A DNA stretch of 64,000 nucleotides from a virus. The position numbers were made by a program, and so were the translations under genes. Under the pieces are notes generated by a model. It saw only the letters and a program-made list of their open reading frames with translations, did no database searches and was not told the DNA's origin. The DNA is taken from positions 32,001 to 96,000 of IMG/VR virus record IMGVR_UViG_3300044675_005482; one strand, given 5' to 3'. Positions 40,593 to 49,615 of the stretch are shown in pieces (position 1 is the stretch's first letter; each line of letters begins with the position of its first letter).

Positions 40593-40686
40593 AATAACAT
40601 TTACTACTTTTTATATTATAGAAAAAATAAAAAGAAAAATAAAGACTAAAAAATATAAAAAAAGAAATAGCGGGTTTATGTACTAA
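40585..40686 (+). CDS. 33-aa basic microprotein coupled to carbamoyltransferase (not in ORF track)
   Basis: MNRITFTTFYIIEKIKRKIKTKKYKKRNSGFMY*; TAATG junction with 40686. Confidence 0.5.
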   Translation: MNRITFTTFYIIEKIKRKIKTKKYKKRNSGFMY

Positions 40687-42194
40687 TGATTATCCTGGGG
40701 ATAAACGAGACTTCTCACGATGCTTCTGTGTCTTTAATTAAGGATGGCCAGATACTTTTTGCAGGACATGCAGAAAGATATAGCAAAGAAAAGAATGATT
40801 GGTATATAAATGATGATCTCCTTAAAGATGCTTTTTCTTATGGGTTTCCAGACCACATAGCATACTATGAGAAGCCTCTTTTAAAAGCATCTAGATTATT
40901 TTTAAAAGGAGGATCTGGAGACTGGCTTCCAAGATATAAAGTAGATAATATTTTTGGCAGACCTCTACCAGTAAAATCATTCAAGCATCACTACTCCCAT
41001 GCTTGTGCTGGGTATTATACTAGCCCATATGCAGACGCAGCTATTGTTGTGCTTGATGCTATTGGAGAATATAATACTTCAACCATCTGGGTTGGAGAAG
41101 GAGAAAAAATTAAATTAAAGTATAAGCAAAATTACCCAGTGAGCTTTGGACTTTTTTATTCGGCATTTACAGAGCTATTAGAATTAATGCCAAATCAAGA
41201 AGAGTATATAATGATGGGAATGGCAGCTTATGGAAATCCAGATAGATATTTTAATCAAGTAAATAATTATTTCCCAGAATACAATAAGCAAAAATATAAT
41301 TTTCACAAAGGAATAAAAGATTTTGATTGGGGACACGTTCCTTGTTTTGCTGGTACGGAGGGCACAGGCTATGTTGGAGAATGGTTCCAGCAAAGAAAAT
41401 TTGATTTAGCTGCGGCGGTACAAAAGGTATACGAACTAAGGCTTAGCGAGTTTATGCACATGGCATATACAATTACTGGTAAAAAGAATTTAGTTTTTAT
41501 GGGAGGTTGTGCTTTAAACAGCAAGGCAAATACAATGCTCTGGAATATATTTAAAGATGTTTGGATCATGCCAAACCCAGGAGACGCTGGAAGCTCATTA
41601 GGAGCAGCATTAGCACTATACGGCAAACACATAGAGTGGAAAGGTCCATATTTAGGACACGACATTGGTGGGAAATATCCAGTTCAAAAAATTTTTGATG
41701 GCATATTAAAAGATGGCATAGTTGCTGTTGCTTCAGGAAGGGCAGAGTATGGCCCAAGAGCTTTAGGAAATAGAAGCATCCTTGCTGACCCTAGAGATCC
41801 AAACATTAAAGACAAAGTAAATCTAATAAAACAAAGAGAGATGTTTAGACCGTTTGCTCCAGTAGTATTAGAAGAGTTTGCCAGCGAATGGTTTGATATG
41901 AATTTTGCATCTCCATATATGCAATACACTGTTAAATGTAAATATCCAGACAAGGTTCCATCTGTAGTTCATGTAGACGGAACATCTAGAGTTCAAACAG
42001 TCAATAGAGATCAGCATCCAGGCCTGCACATGGTTTTAAGAAAGTTTTACTGGGAAACTGGAATCCCAATGCTATTGAATACTAGCTTAAATATAAAGGG
42101 ACAGCCATTGTTAAATGATAAACAAGATGCTATTGACTGGCAGGAGCATTATAGATATAATATACTAACTAGCAACAATAGCTTAGTTGGTTAA
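40686..42194 (+). CDS. O-carbamoyltransferase (NodU/CmcH/TobZ family)
   Basis: HDASV, HHYSHA, VLDAIGE, GGCALN, EYGPRALGNRSIL, REMFRPFAP, HVDGTSRVQTV, LNTSLN. Confidence 0.93.
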   Translation: MIILGINETSHDASVSLIKDGQILFAGHAERYSKEKNDWYINDDLLKDAFSYGFPDHIAYYEKPLLKASRLFLKGGSGDWLPRYKVDNIFGRPLPVKSFKHHYSHACAGYYTSPYADAAIVVLDAIGEYNTSTIWVGEGEKIKLKYKQNYPVSFGLFYSAFTELLELMPNQEEYIMMGMAAYGNPDRYFNQVNNYFPEYNKQKYNFHKGIKDFDWGHVPCFAGTEGTGYVGEWFQQRKFDLAAAVQKVYELRLSEFMHMAYTITGKKNLVFMGGCALNSKANTMLWNIFKDVWIMPNPGDAGSSLGAALALYGKHIEWKGPYLGHDIGGKYPVQKIFDGILKDGIVAVASGRAEYGPRALGNRSILADPRDPNIKDKVNLIKQREMFRPFAPVVLEEFASEWFDMNFASPYMQYTVKCKYPDKVPSVVHVDGTSRVQTVNRDQHPGLHMVLRKFYWETGIPMLLNTSLNIKGQPLLNDKQDAIDWQEHYRYNILTSNNSLVG

Positions 42195-42245
42195 AGCCCC
42201 GAACTCATAATTCGGTAATCGTAGGTTCAAGTCCTACTTGTTGCA
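42172..42245 (+). tRNA. tRNA with CAT anticodon (Ile2/lysidine or elongator Met)
   Basis: Acceptor GCAACAA/TTGTTGC, anticodon arm CCGAA-CTCATAA-TTCGG, T arm GTAGG-TTCAAGT-CCTAC; lacks initiator features. Confidence 0.9.
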
Positions 42246-42258
42246 CACAGGAGGTGCT

Positions 42259-43263
42259 ATGTTTAATACACATATGGGTGACAATGAAAGCTTGCTGGAC
42301 GCAATGATCCATAAGCCAAGTCATTTTTTTAATGTGTCAGAACACACCAAATTTTTATTATATGATAACTCTTTAGTTAAAGACACACCTAAAGAAGTAA
42401 ATCCTGCTGTGTTTAGAAAGAATCAAATATCATACAGGATGAACAGAAAAAATTATAGGTCTCCAGATTTTCACAAAGACACCGACATTCTTTTTGCTGG
42501 TTGCTCTTTGACTTATGGTGACGGAATCCCAGAAGAATTTGTATGGCCTAGCATTGTTGCAAGAGATCTTGGTCTAACCTATGCCAATTTGGGACTATCT
42601 GGAGATTCAGTTTACGGACAAGTAAAAAGAATATTTGCCTACTTTAAAGAATTTGGACATCCTAAATATCTATACGCTATTTTCCCAGAATTTTATAGAA
42701 TGGTTATACCAATAAATAGAAGAGTGTTTACTACTGGGAATTCTGTAAGAGAATTAAAGGAAAGAAAAGATAATGATTATAATGAATTTATTTTAAAAAA
42801 TGCTTTTATTCCAGGCTCTATAGATAAAAACTTTAAAATGTCTATTCGTCCTCATGTTGCAGAGCATGTATTGAACCCAGAAATACCTCATTTTTTATCT
42901 GCACAAAGCATACTTATGCTGGACGCATACTGTGAAGCCGCAGGCATTAAGTTTGCTTGGTCTACGTGGGATCAAAAACAATTTATGGTGCTAAAATCAT
43001 TAGGAGAAAACTACTATAAAAACTTAATAGATATAGACATGGAGTCATGGGAAATATGCTATAGTCCAATAGAAGATAAGTATAAGAAAAATGGAGAACA
43101 GGTATTCTGCCATAATGAGTTAAAAGATATAAGCAGAGGGTTTTTTGATTTAGGTATGGATAGAGATTATGGAATTAAATCAGCACATTGGGGATCTCAT
43201 AGGCATCAGCACGTAGCTGATATCATTAAAAATCATGTATCGAAATGGATTAGTAATGGATGA
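42259..43263 (+). CDS. SGNH/GDSL-like hydrolase or acyltransferase (paralogue 2)
   Basis: AGGAGG RBS just after the tRNA; AGCSLTYG, NLGLSGDS, AYFKEFGHPK, HWGSHRH. Confidence 0.6.
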   Translation: MFNTHMGDNESLLDAMIHKPSHFFNVSEHTKFLLYDNSLVKDTPKEVNPAVFRKNQISYRMNRKNYRSPDFHKDTDILFAGCSLTYGDGIPEEFVWPSIVARDLGLTYANLGLSGDSVYGQVKRIFAYFKEFGHPKYLYAIFPEFYRMVIPINRRVFTTGNSVRELKERKDNDYNEFILKNAFIPGSIDKNFKMSIRPHVAEHVLNPEIPHFLSAQSILMLDAYCEAAGIKFAWSTWDQKQFMVLKSLGENYYKNLIDIDMESWEICYSPIEDKYKKNGEQVFCHNELKDISRGFFDLGMDRDYGIKSAHWGSHRHQHVADIIKNHVSKWISNG

Positions 43264-43537
43264 AATAATGCAACATTACCTAGAAATAGGTGCAATTGAA
43301 ATTTCTGGTGTAGATAGTAATGGAGAAATGCTGTTCTCTATTACTGAAAAAGCAAAGGAAGTTGCCCCAGAACTATGGGAGTCTCACCAAGAGCATGTAG
43401 ATAAAACCCTTATAGATCTTTATGAAAAGGGGCTTATTGAGGTAGAGTATAATGAAAACCTAGAGGCTGAAATAAAGTTAAGCGAAGCTGGCATTGAGGC
43501 ATCAAGAGAATACGGCTTAAGGTTTTTAGGAGAATAG
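43256..43537 (+). CDS. Hypothetical acidic protein (winged-helix-like)
   Basis: LYEKGLIEV...LSEAG pattern. Confidence 0.5.
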   Translation: MDEIMQHYLEIGAIEISGVDSNGEMLFSITEKAKEVAPELWESHQEHVDKTLIDLYEKGLIEVEYNENLEAEIKLSEAGIEASREYGLRFLGE

Positions 43538-43540
43538 TTA

Positions 43541-44590
43541 ATGTTTAGTTATCAGGGCTGGAAATTTGACACTATAGAATCAATACCATACCCAGAAGAA
43601 AACTTTGAAATAATTAAGGTTACTAACTTAAGGAACAGAGAGTCTATATCCTATGGCTCTGTAATTGAAGAGCCTGCCTTTATGATGCCAGCCAACGCAC
43701 ACCTGTGGCATTTTGTGCAGGAGGGCCTAGCTCAGTATGAAGTTATAGCCAATAAAATTCCATCAGTTAAGTTATTTTTGCACGACATACATATTGGAAC
43801 CGTAACAGAAAAATTTTTAAGTATTGAAAATTATTGTAAAATAAAAGGAAAGAATTTTAAATACATTAAAGATTTGTCTAATATTTATAGTCACGATAAA
43901 AAAGTATACATTACACACAGCAGGACTATTCTCATTAAGGAAGCATATTTTATTAACGATACACTAAGATTAATAGACAGAGATTTAGTGCTTCAAGGTA
44001 ATGTTGTGCCATACTGGGTAGAAGCAACAGATGCTGACGGTAACTGGATTGAAGGAGAAGAGTATAAAAAGGCTTCCCCTTATTTTAATCAAGACTGCAT
44101 ATACGATAGATGGCAGATGGACGGACTACACCTTGTAAAAGATAGATTGAGTCCTTATATAAAAGAAAATAATGAGTCTTATAAAAAAATATATATTAGC
44201 AGAGAAGATGTAAATAAAATGTGGTCGCAATTGTCCCCAGATAGAGCCTTTGCGGAAGAGCATATCTTGGTTGACTATTTTATTTCACAGGGGTATAATA
44301 AGGTTGTACTGACTAATTATGATTACATAGATCAAATTAATATTATTTTTAATGCTACTCATATTGTTGGTCTTACTGGTTCTGGTTTATTTAATACCTT
44401 TTTATGTAAACCTGGCACTACCGTAATTGAAATAAACGTAAGCGGTGGATACTATTGGTCTTATGAATATTTTAAAGAATTTAATATAAAAGTTAAAACG
44501 GCAGAACTAAGATGGAGAAAAGATTACACTGCAGTATTGTCAAAGAAAAACATGGATAAATTAAAAGAACTGGTAGAAAATAATGATTAA
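43541..44590 (+). CDS. GT61/DUF563-like glycosyltransferase (paralogue 1)
   Basis: HLWHF, KIYISR, QINIIFNATHIVGLTGSGL...VIEI. Confidence 0.7.
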   Translation: MFSYQGWKFDTIESIPYPEENFEIIKVTNLRNRESISYGSVIEEPAFMMPANAHLWHFVQEGLAQYEVIANKIPSVKLFLHDIHIGTVTEKFLSIENYCKIKGKNFKYIKDLSNIYSHDKKVYITHSRTILIKEAYFINDTLRLIDRDLVLQGNVVPYWVEATDADGNWIEGEEYKKASPYFNQDCIYDRWQMDGLHLVKDRLSPYIKENNESYKKIYISREDVNKMWSQLSPDRAFAEEHILVDYFISQGYNKVVLTNYDYIDQINIIFNATHIVGLTGSGLFNTFLCKPGTTVIEINVSGGYYWSYEYFKEFNIKVKTAELRWRKDYTAVLSKKNMDKLKELVENND

Positions 44591-45677
44591 TATAGTTGTT
44601 CCGCTAGCTGGAGAAGGAACTAGATTTTCTTCTGCTGGCTTCAAAACCCCAAAGCCTTTAATAGTTGTCGATGGCAAAACTATGATAGAGCATTCCGTAG
44701 AGACCCTTGGTATTAAGGGCAGGTATATTTTTATAACAAAAGAATATAAAAACAATTTATATAACATTGAGCTGTCCTCTATTATTAAAAGGATAATGCC
44801 AGATGCAATTGAAATAAAAGTTGATAAAAAACAACGTGGTGCTGCAGATGCCGTAATGTATGCAGAAAAATATATTGATAATAAGAACAGCTTAATAACA
44901 ATTAATTGCGATCAAATTTTAAATTGGGATGCGGAAGAGTTTCTTAAGCATGTTGAAGATTCTGGTGCTGACGGTGCTGTAGTTTTATTTAAAGCCGACG
45001 ATCCAAAGCATAGCTACGCAGAAGTTATAGACAATAAGATTATAAAGATTGTTGAAAAAGAAGTGATATCTAATGACGCATTAATTGGAGTACACTACTG
45101 GAAACACGGTTCAGATTTTGTTGCTTCGGCAAAAGAGCTTTTAAACATTGACGGCCCAAATGAAGTATATATATCTCAAACATACTCTGCTATGTTAAAA
45201 AATGGAAAGACAATATCTCCATTCTTTATTCCTAATAATGACTATATTAATTTAGGAACACCAGAAGACGTAACAATTTATTTGGGGAAGGTTAAAGAAT
45301 TTTATACAGACAAGCCAAAAACAATATTCTGCGATATAGACGGAACAATTATAAAGCACCTACACAAGTTCAGTGACCTAGGTAAATTTGATGCAGAAAT
45401 TTTGCCAGGGGTAATAAATAAGTTTAATGAGTGGGATTCAAAAGGATATAAGATTATTTTAACAACTGCTAGAAAAGAATCGGCAAGGGCAATTACAGAG
45501 AAACATTTAAATGGGCTTGGTTTGTGCTGGGACATGTTAATAATGGGAGTCACAAGCGGGCAAAGAGTTCTAATAAATGATAAACTAAACTATAAAGATC
45601 CAGATAGAGCAACTTCTATTAACCTAATCACAAACGACGGGTTTGAATCAACATACTGGGAAGAGTACGGGCTATGA
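44583..45677 (+). CDS. Sugar-phosphate nucleotidyltransferase fused to a HAD phosphatase
   Basis: VPLAGEGTRF...PKPLI, NCDQ, LGTPED; C-terminal FCDIDGT, TTAR, IND. Confidence 0.85.
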   Translation: MINIVVPLAGEGTRFSSAGFKTPKPLIVVDGKTMIEHSVETLGIKGRYIFITKEYKNNLYNIELSSIIKRIMPDAIEIKVDKKQRGAADAVMYAEKYIDNKNSLITINCDQILNWDAEEFLKHVEDSGADGAVVLFKADDPKHSYAEVIDNKIIKIVEKEVISNDALIGVHYWKHGSDFVASAKELLNIDGPNEVYISQTYSAMLKNGKTISPFFIPNNDYINLGTPEDVTIYLGKVKEFYTDKPKTIFCDIDGTIIKHLHKFSDLGKFDAEILPGVINKFNEWDSKGYKIILTTARKESARAITEKHLNGLGLCWDMLIMGVTSGQRVLINDKLNYKDPDRATSINLITNDGFESTYWEEYGL

Positions 45678-46003
45678 AGCTTTCAAGACTAGAAGACACT
45701 ATCGGAGGATGGTTTGTAGGAGATTTTGACAAGGCGGCATACAGGACAGATGCATGTGAGGTATCCTATAAGTATCATCATAAGGGAGAGCATTGGCCCA
45801 CACACTACCAAGAAAAGGTAATGGAGATCAATCTAATGGTTCGTGGACAAATGAAGATGCAGGATAAAATACTTTTATCTGGAGATATTTTTATAATATA
45901 TCCTTATGAGATAGCTGATCCAGAATTCCTTACTGACTGCGAAGTTGTTTGCGTAAAGGTTCCTGGAATTACAAATGACAAAGTGGTAGTTGAAAAGATA
46001 TGA
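45674..46003 (+). CDS. Cupin-fold protein
   Basis: GWFVGDF, HYQ...EINL..RG, GDIFII.P. Confidence 0.7.
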   Translation: MKLSRLEDTIGGWFVGDFDKAAYRTDACEVSYKYHHKGEHWPTHYQEKVMEINLMVRGQMKMQDKILLSGDIFIIYPYEIADPEFLTDCEVVCVKVPGITNDKVVVEKI

Positions 46004-46470
46004 GGCTTATATCTCATAGAGGTAATTTATCTGGACCAAATTCTGAAAAGGAAAATAGTCCAGAGTATATAAAAATAGCTTATGAATTAGGGTACGATGT
46101 AGAGATAGATCTTTGGTCTAATGACACAGAAATGTTTTTAGGTCACGATGAACCACAATATAAAATAGATTATGAGTTTATAAACTCAATGTCTGATAGA
46201 TTATGGGTACACTGCAAAAATTTAGAAGCCCTATATTGTTGCGAGTTTTTACTTAAAGATATAAACTATTTTTGGCATCAATCTGATGATTTTACTTTAA
46301 CTAGCAAAAACATAATATGGACATATCCAGGGAAATACTTAACTCCAAATTCTGTTCTTGTGATGCCAGAGCTTAATAAGTTTGCTGATATCGGTCCAGA
46401 TGTGTATGGTATTTGCACAGATGAGATTCTAGAAGTAAAGGAAATGCTAGATGACATACCAGTTTCCTGA
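46000..46470 (+). CDS. GDPD-like phosphodiesterase
   Basis: ISHRGN, ENSP, GYDVEIDLW, LGHD, GICTD. Confidence 0.75.
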   Translation: MRLISHRGNLSGPNSEKENSPEYIKIAYELGYDVEIDLWSNDTEMFLGHDEPQYKIDYEFINSMSDRLWVHCKNLEALYCCEFLLKDINYFWHQSDDFTLTSKNIIWTYPGKYLTPNSVLVMPELNKFADIGPDVYGICTDEILEVKEMLDDIPVS

Positions 46471-47569
46471 TAGATGGAAGGCTGAGTCGGTAGAAGTAAT
46501 AGATACACCAGATTCATTTGGCAAAATATTTAAGCTCTCTAATGTATCTTATACCAATAAGTCTCATACTGAAACAATACATGTACCAGGCAAAACTTTT
46601 ATTGGCTTAGCAGACTTTTATATATGGCATTTTTTATATGATTCGATTGCACAATTTTGTTATTTAAAAACTCAAATTAAAGATATTAATCTTTTTTTTA
46701 TTGCTCCAGCAGTAGTTGAGCCTGGCACAAAAGATGACTTCTTAGATCAAATGAAATACATTAGCTTTCATGCTAAGTCAGATACAATTAAAGAACCTCA
46801 GCCACACAAATATTTTGAAGATATATTTGAAATATTTGTAACCCAAGAACATATATATAATCTAGACTCTGTTAACTTTACTTTTGAGGAAGTATATTTT
46901 GTTTATGACAACGTTAGATATTTTAATAGAGTTCCAGAACTATTACATGCTGGCAAACACTGGTTTAATATACCATACGCATATTGGATAAATAACTCAT
47001 GGGAATCTCGTGCTCATATTACTAGGGGAGTTTTTCCAGAAACATGGTGGAGAAGCATAGGCATACTAGAAATGAGAAATATATTTTTAAAAAAATTAAA
47101 AGATGTAAAAACAGAAACTCCTAAAAAAATATTTTTATCTAGAAAAGATGCCAATGGGAGGTACAAAGAGAGAGGACTAAGTCCAACTTTTGATAGGTAT
47201 TGCAGTGACGAGGTAGACTCAACTGTAGAAGATTTTTTTGTTTCTCGTGGATATCACCCTATAGTTTTAGAAGGAATGGGATATCTAGAGCAATTAAATT
47301 ATTTTAAAAATGCTACACATATTGCTGGCATAGTCGGATCGTCTTTTTGCCAAACGCTTGTATGTAATCCTTCTGCCATAGTATCTCAAATTATGGTAAA
47401 TAGAAAATATGATTTTACCTACCAATTTATTTCAGAGATGGTAGGATATCATCTTAATGATATAGACTTAAGGTCAGTCTATCCAGTTATTGATAAAATA
47501 AAATTAATTTTAGAAAAAAAATACGGATTCATTGAGTCTGTACATAGGAGTAAAAATTATGAGATATAA
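46451..47569 (+). CDS. GT61/DUF563-like glycosyltransferase (paralogue 2)
   Basis: YIWHF, KIFLSR, EQLNYFKNATHIAGIVGSSF. Confidence 0.7.
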   Translation: MTYQFPDRWKAESVEVIDTPDSFGKIFKLSNVSYTNKSHTETIHVPGKTFIGLADFYIWHFLYDSIAQFCYLKTQIKDINLFFIAPAVVEPGTKDDFLDQMKYISFHAKSDTIKEPQPHKYFEDIFEIFVTQEHIYNLDSVNFTFEEVYFVYDNVRYFNRVPELLHAGKHWFNIPYAYWINNSWESRAHITRGVFPETWWRSIGILEMRNIFLKKLKDVKTETPKKIFLSRKDANGRYKERGLSPTFDRYCSDEVDSTVEDFFVSRGYHPIVLEGMGYLEQLNYFKNATHIAGIVGSSFCQTLVCNPSAIVSQIMVNRKYDFTYQFISEMVGYHLNDIDLRSVYPVIDKIKLILEKKYGFIESVHRSKNYEI

Positions 47570-48575
47570 TCAAGTTAATGCTATAGACATAATTCCAGTT
47601 AACTCGTCGGCATTTTGCATGAGGGTACCTAGAGTAAAATTTAAGTCTTTGCAGGCCAGAACACCCACAAGCATATATTATAATTTTGTATACCCAGAAG
47701 AACATGATCCTAATTTAGAAATTACTGAGCAGAGAGACGTATTTGTTATTCCCTATGTTGAAAAATATTATCATAACTTTTTAGAGCTTATTCCAAAGAT
47801 ATTGTTTTTAAAAAATATTAACCCGAATTTTAGATTAATAGTAATTGCCAATAATGAGTCTGAAGTTAATCCAAAAACTGGACTTTTTTATGGGTGGGAA
47901 AAGGGGGAAGACGACAATAATCATAATTTGAGCAACATAAAAGAATTTTTAGATATGTCTAACATTAGATATATGTGTACTCATTCAAAATCAGATTTTT
48001 TTCAAAACATGGTTGCCCAATCAGCGTACATATTCTTTGATTATAAAAAAAATATTGGAAGAAATCGTCCAAGCTTTTATCCAAAAAATTATGATTTTCC
48101 AAACTCGTACCCCTTTCACGCAACTACAGCTCAGACCGCAGAGTCTTTAATGCCGTATCTTGAGATATTACATGGAATAATAAATGAAAGTATATCTGGA
48201 AATAGAAGCATATATGTATCTAGAAAACATTTTCCAGAAAGAAAATTAGATAACGAAGAAGCTTTAGAGCAATTTATGATTGATTCTGGATACGAGATAC
48301 ATCATTTTGAAACAATGTCAATAGTTGATCAATTAAAATTAGTAAAAGAGTGCAAAAGAATAGTTATTTTAAATGGATCTTCCGCAGTTAATTGTATGTT
48401 TGCCAACCCAGGCACAGAAGTTTTTGTTTTTAATAACGGGGCTGACATAGTAGGTCTTTACGAAAAGGCTTGTGAGGAGTATAATATACAATACAACTTC
48501 ATAGAAATGCCAGACAACAATGCAGAATGGATAATTGAATATTTAAAAACAAATAAACTTAATAAGCCTTTGTAG
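47559..48575 (+). CDS. GT61/DUF563-like glycosyltransferase (paralogue 3)
   Basis: YYHNF, IYVSRK...RKLDNE, DQLKLV...NGSSAVN; AGGAG RBS. Confidence 0.75.
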   Translation: MRYNQVNAIDIIPVNSSAFCMRVPRVKFKSLQARTPTSIYYNFVYPEEHDPNLEITEQRDVFVIPYVEKYYHNFLELIPKILFLKNINPNFRLIVIANNESEVNPKTGLFYGWEKGEDDNNHNLSNIKEFLDMSNIRYMCTHSKSDFFQNMVAQSAYIFFDYKKNIGRNRPSFYPKNYDFPNSYPFHATTAQTAESLMPYLEILHGIINESISGNRSIYVSRKHFPERKLDNEEALEQFMIDSGYEIHHFETMSIVDQLKLVKECKRIVILNGSSAVNCMFANPGTEVFVFNNGADIVGLYEKACEEYNIQYNFIEMPDNNAEWIIEYLKTNKLNKPL

Positions 48576-48638
48576 CTCAGAGGACAGAGCAGGACTCTTC
48601 TAAGGTCTTGGTCGCAGGTTCGACTCCTGCCAAGGGCA
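48566..48638 (+). tRNA. tRNA-Arg(TCT)
   Basis: GCCTTTG/CAAGGGC acceptor, GGACT-CTTCTAA-GGTCT anticodon arm, GCAGG-TTCGACT-CCTGC T arm. Confidence 0.9.
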
Positions 48639-48642
48639 CAAG

Positions 48643-48715
48643 GCCCCTGTAGCCCAGTGGCAGAGGCACACGACTTAAAATCGTGAAAGCGTTGGTTCGA
48701 ATCCAACCAGGGGCA
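48643..48715 (+). tRNA. tRNA-Leu(TAA), short variable loop
   Basis: GCCCCTG/CAGGGGC acceptor, CACGA-CTTAAAA-TCGTG anticodon arm, GTTGG-TTCGAAT-CCAAC T arm. Confidence 0.88.
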
Positions 48716-48719
48716 CAAT

Positions 48720-48792
48720 TGGAGATTAGCTCAGCAGGCAGAGCGGGAAGCTGTTAACTTCTAGGTCATAGGTTCGAATCCTATATCTCCAG
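48720..48792 (+). tRNA. tRNA-Asn(GTT)
   Basis: TGGAGAT/ATCTCCA acceptor with U1-A72 and G73; GGAAG-CTGTTAA-CTTCT anticodon arm. Confidence 0.9.
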
Positions 48793-48812
48793 CAAATGTT
48801 AAACAGTTTTAT

Positions 48813-49547
48813 TTAGTCTTCTTCTGGCGTCCAGGCAGGACCTTCAAGCCATCTACCTATAGATTCTTTTGATCTATCTTTTACATACTTAAGATATTCT
48901 TCGCCTTTGTAATTATAAAATGTTCCAGGAGCATGTTCTGTTTTTGTTGCAAAACAAGAGAATGCATATCTTGTTCCAGAAGTCACAGGTTTTGTTCCAT
49001 GATAATATGGAGACTCAGCGCCATGAATTACAACATCTCCAGGTTCTGGTTTATATATTAATTCTCCAGGCATGCATTCAATTTCAGCATTTGGTTTTAA
49101 TGTTCCGTCTGGTAAAAATGCTGGATAAAAAACTTCTCCACCTTCAAATTCAGATAAATATGTTACAACACCATAATCAATTAGGCTACAGGTTCCGTAT
49201 GTGTCTTCTTGTGTAAGCTCGTGAGCTTTATCTTTTCCTGGATTATCAGCATGAATAAACATTCCTTCATGACCTACTCTAGAGGTAATTACTTGAGACT
49301 GTGGATTAATTACGTAGTCTGGATAAAGCAATTCTGACACATGCTCCCATAGATCTATAATGCCAGGAACTGGTGGGCTCATTTTGTCATCATACCAAGG
49401 AATAGCATTGCCCTCTTCCTGAAATAGCTCTGGATTAAAGGTATCTAGTATGCTTGAAAATCTATCGCACATCTCTCTGGGGACATATCCCTTAAATACG
49501 TATATGCCATCAATTATTTTAGTGCAATCTGGTCTGTCGTAGAACAT
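48813..49547 (-). CDS. 2OG-Fe(II) oxygenase (prolyl-hydroxylase-like)
   Basis: HAD (HxD), YLSEFEGGE, YHG, TRY. Confidence 0.85.
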   Translation of the reverse strand: MFYDRPDCTKIIDGIYVFKGYVPREMCDRFSSILDTFNPELFQEEGNAIPWYDDKMSPPVPGIIDLWEHVSELLYPDYVINPQSQVITSRVGHEGMFIHADNPGKDKAHELTQEDTYGTCSLIDYGVVTYLSEFEGGEVFYPAFLPDGTLKPNAEIECMPGELIYKPEPGDVVIHGAESPYYHGTKPVTSGTRYAFSCFATKTEHAPGTFYNYKGEEYLKYVKDRSKESIGRWLEGPAWTPEED

Positions 49548-49553
49548 TCCTTA

Positions 49554-49562
49554 ATTATACCA
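49554..49562 (-). promoter_or_regulatory. Extended -10 promoter, leaderless, minus strand
   Basis: Reverse complement TGGTATAAT-N6-ATG(49547). Confidence 0.65.
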
Positions 49563-49606
49563 TAGGTAATATATTTCCTAGGCAACCACTTTTTTAATAG
49601 AAAAAA

Positions 49607-49615
49607 TGCTATAAT
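49607..49615 (+). promoter_or_regulatory. Extended -10 promoter for lysin gene (divergent pair)
   Basis: TGCTATAAT; AAGGAG RBS before 49664. Confidence 0.6.

Noticed and set aside
40686-42194. Carbamoyltransferase as a DNA cytosine hypermodification enzyme
   Set aside because: Not adopted as the main call: no thymidylate-synthase-like hydroxymethylase in the window and the neighbours are glycan enzymes; not excluded for the rest of the genome
48458-48718. 86-aa minus-strand ORF
   Set aside because: It is the antisense of the tRNA cluster
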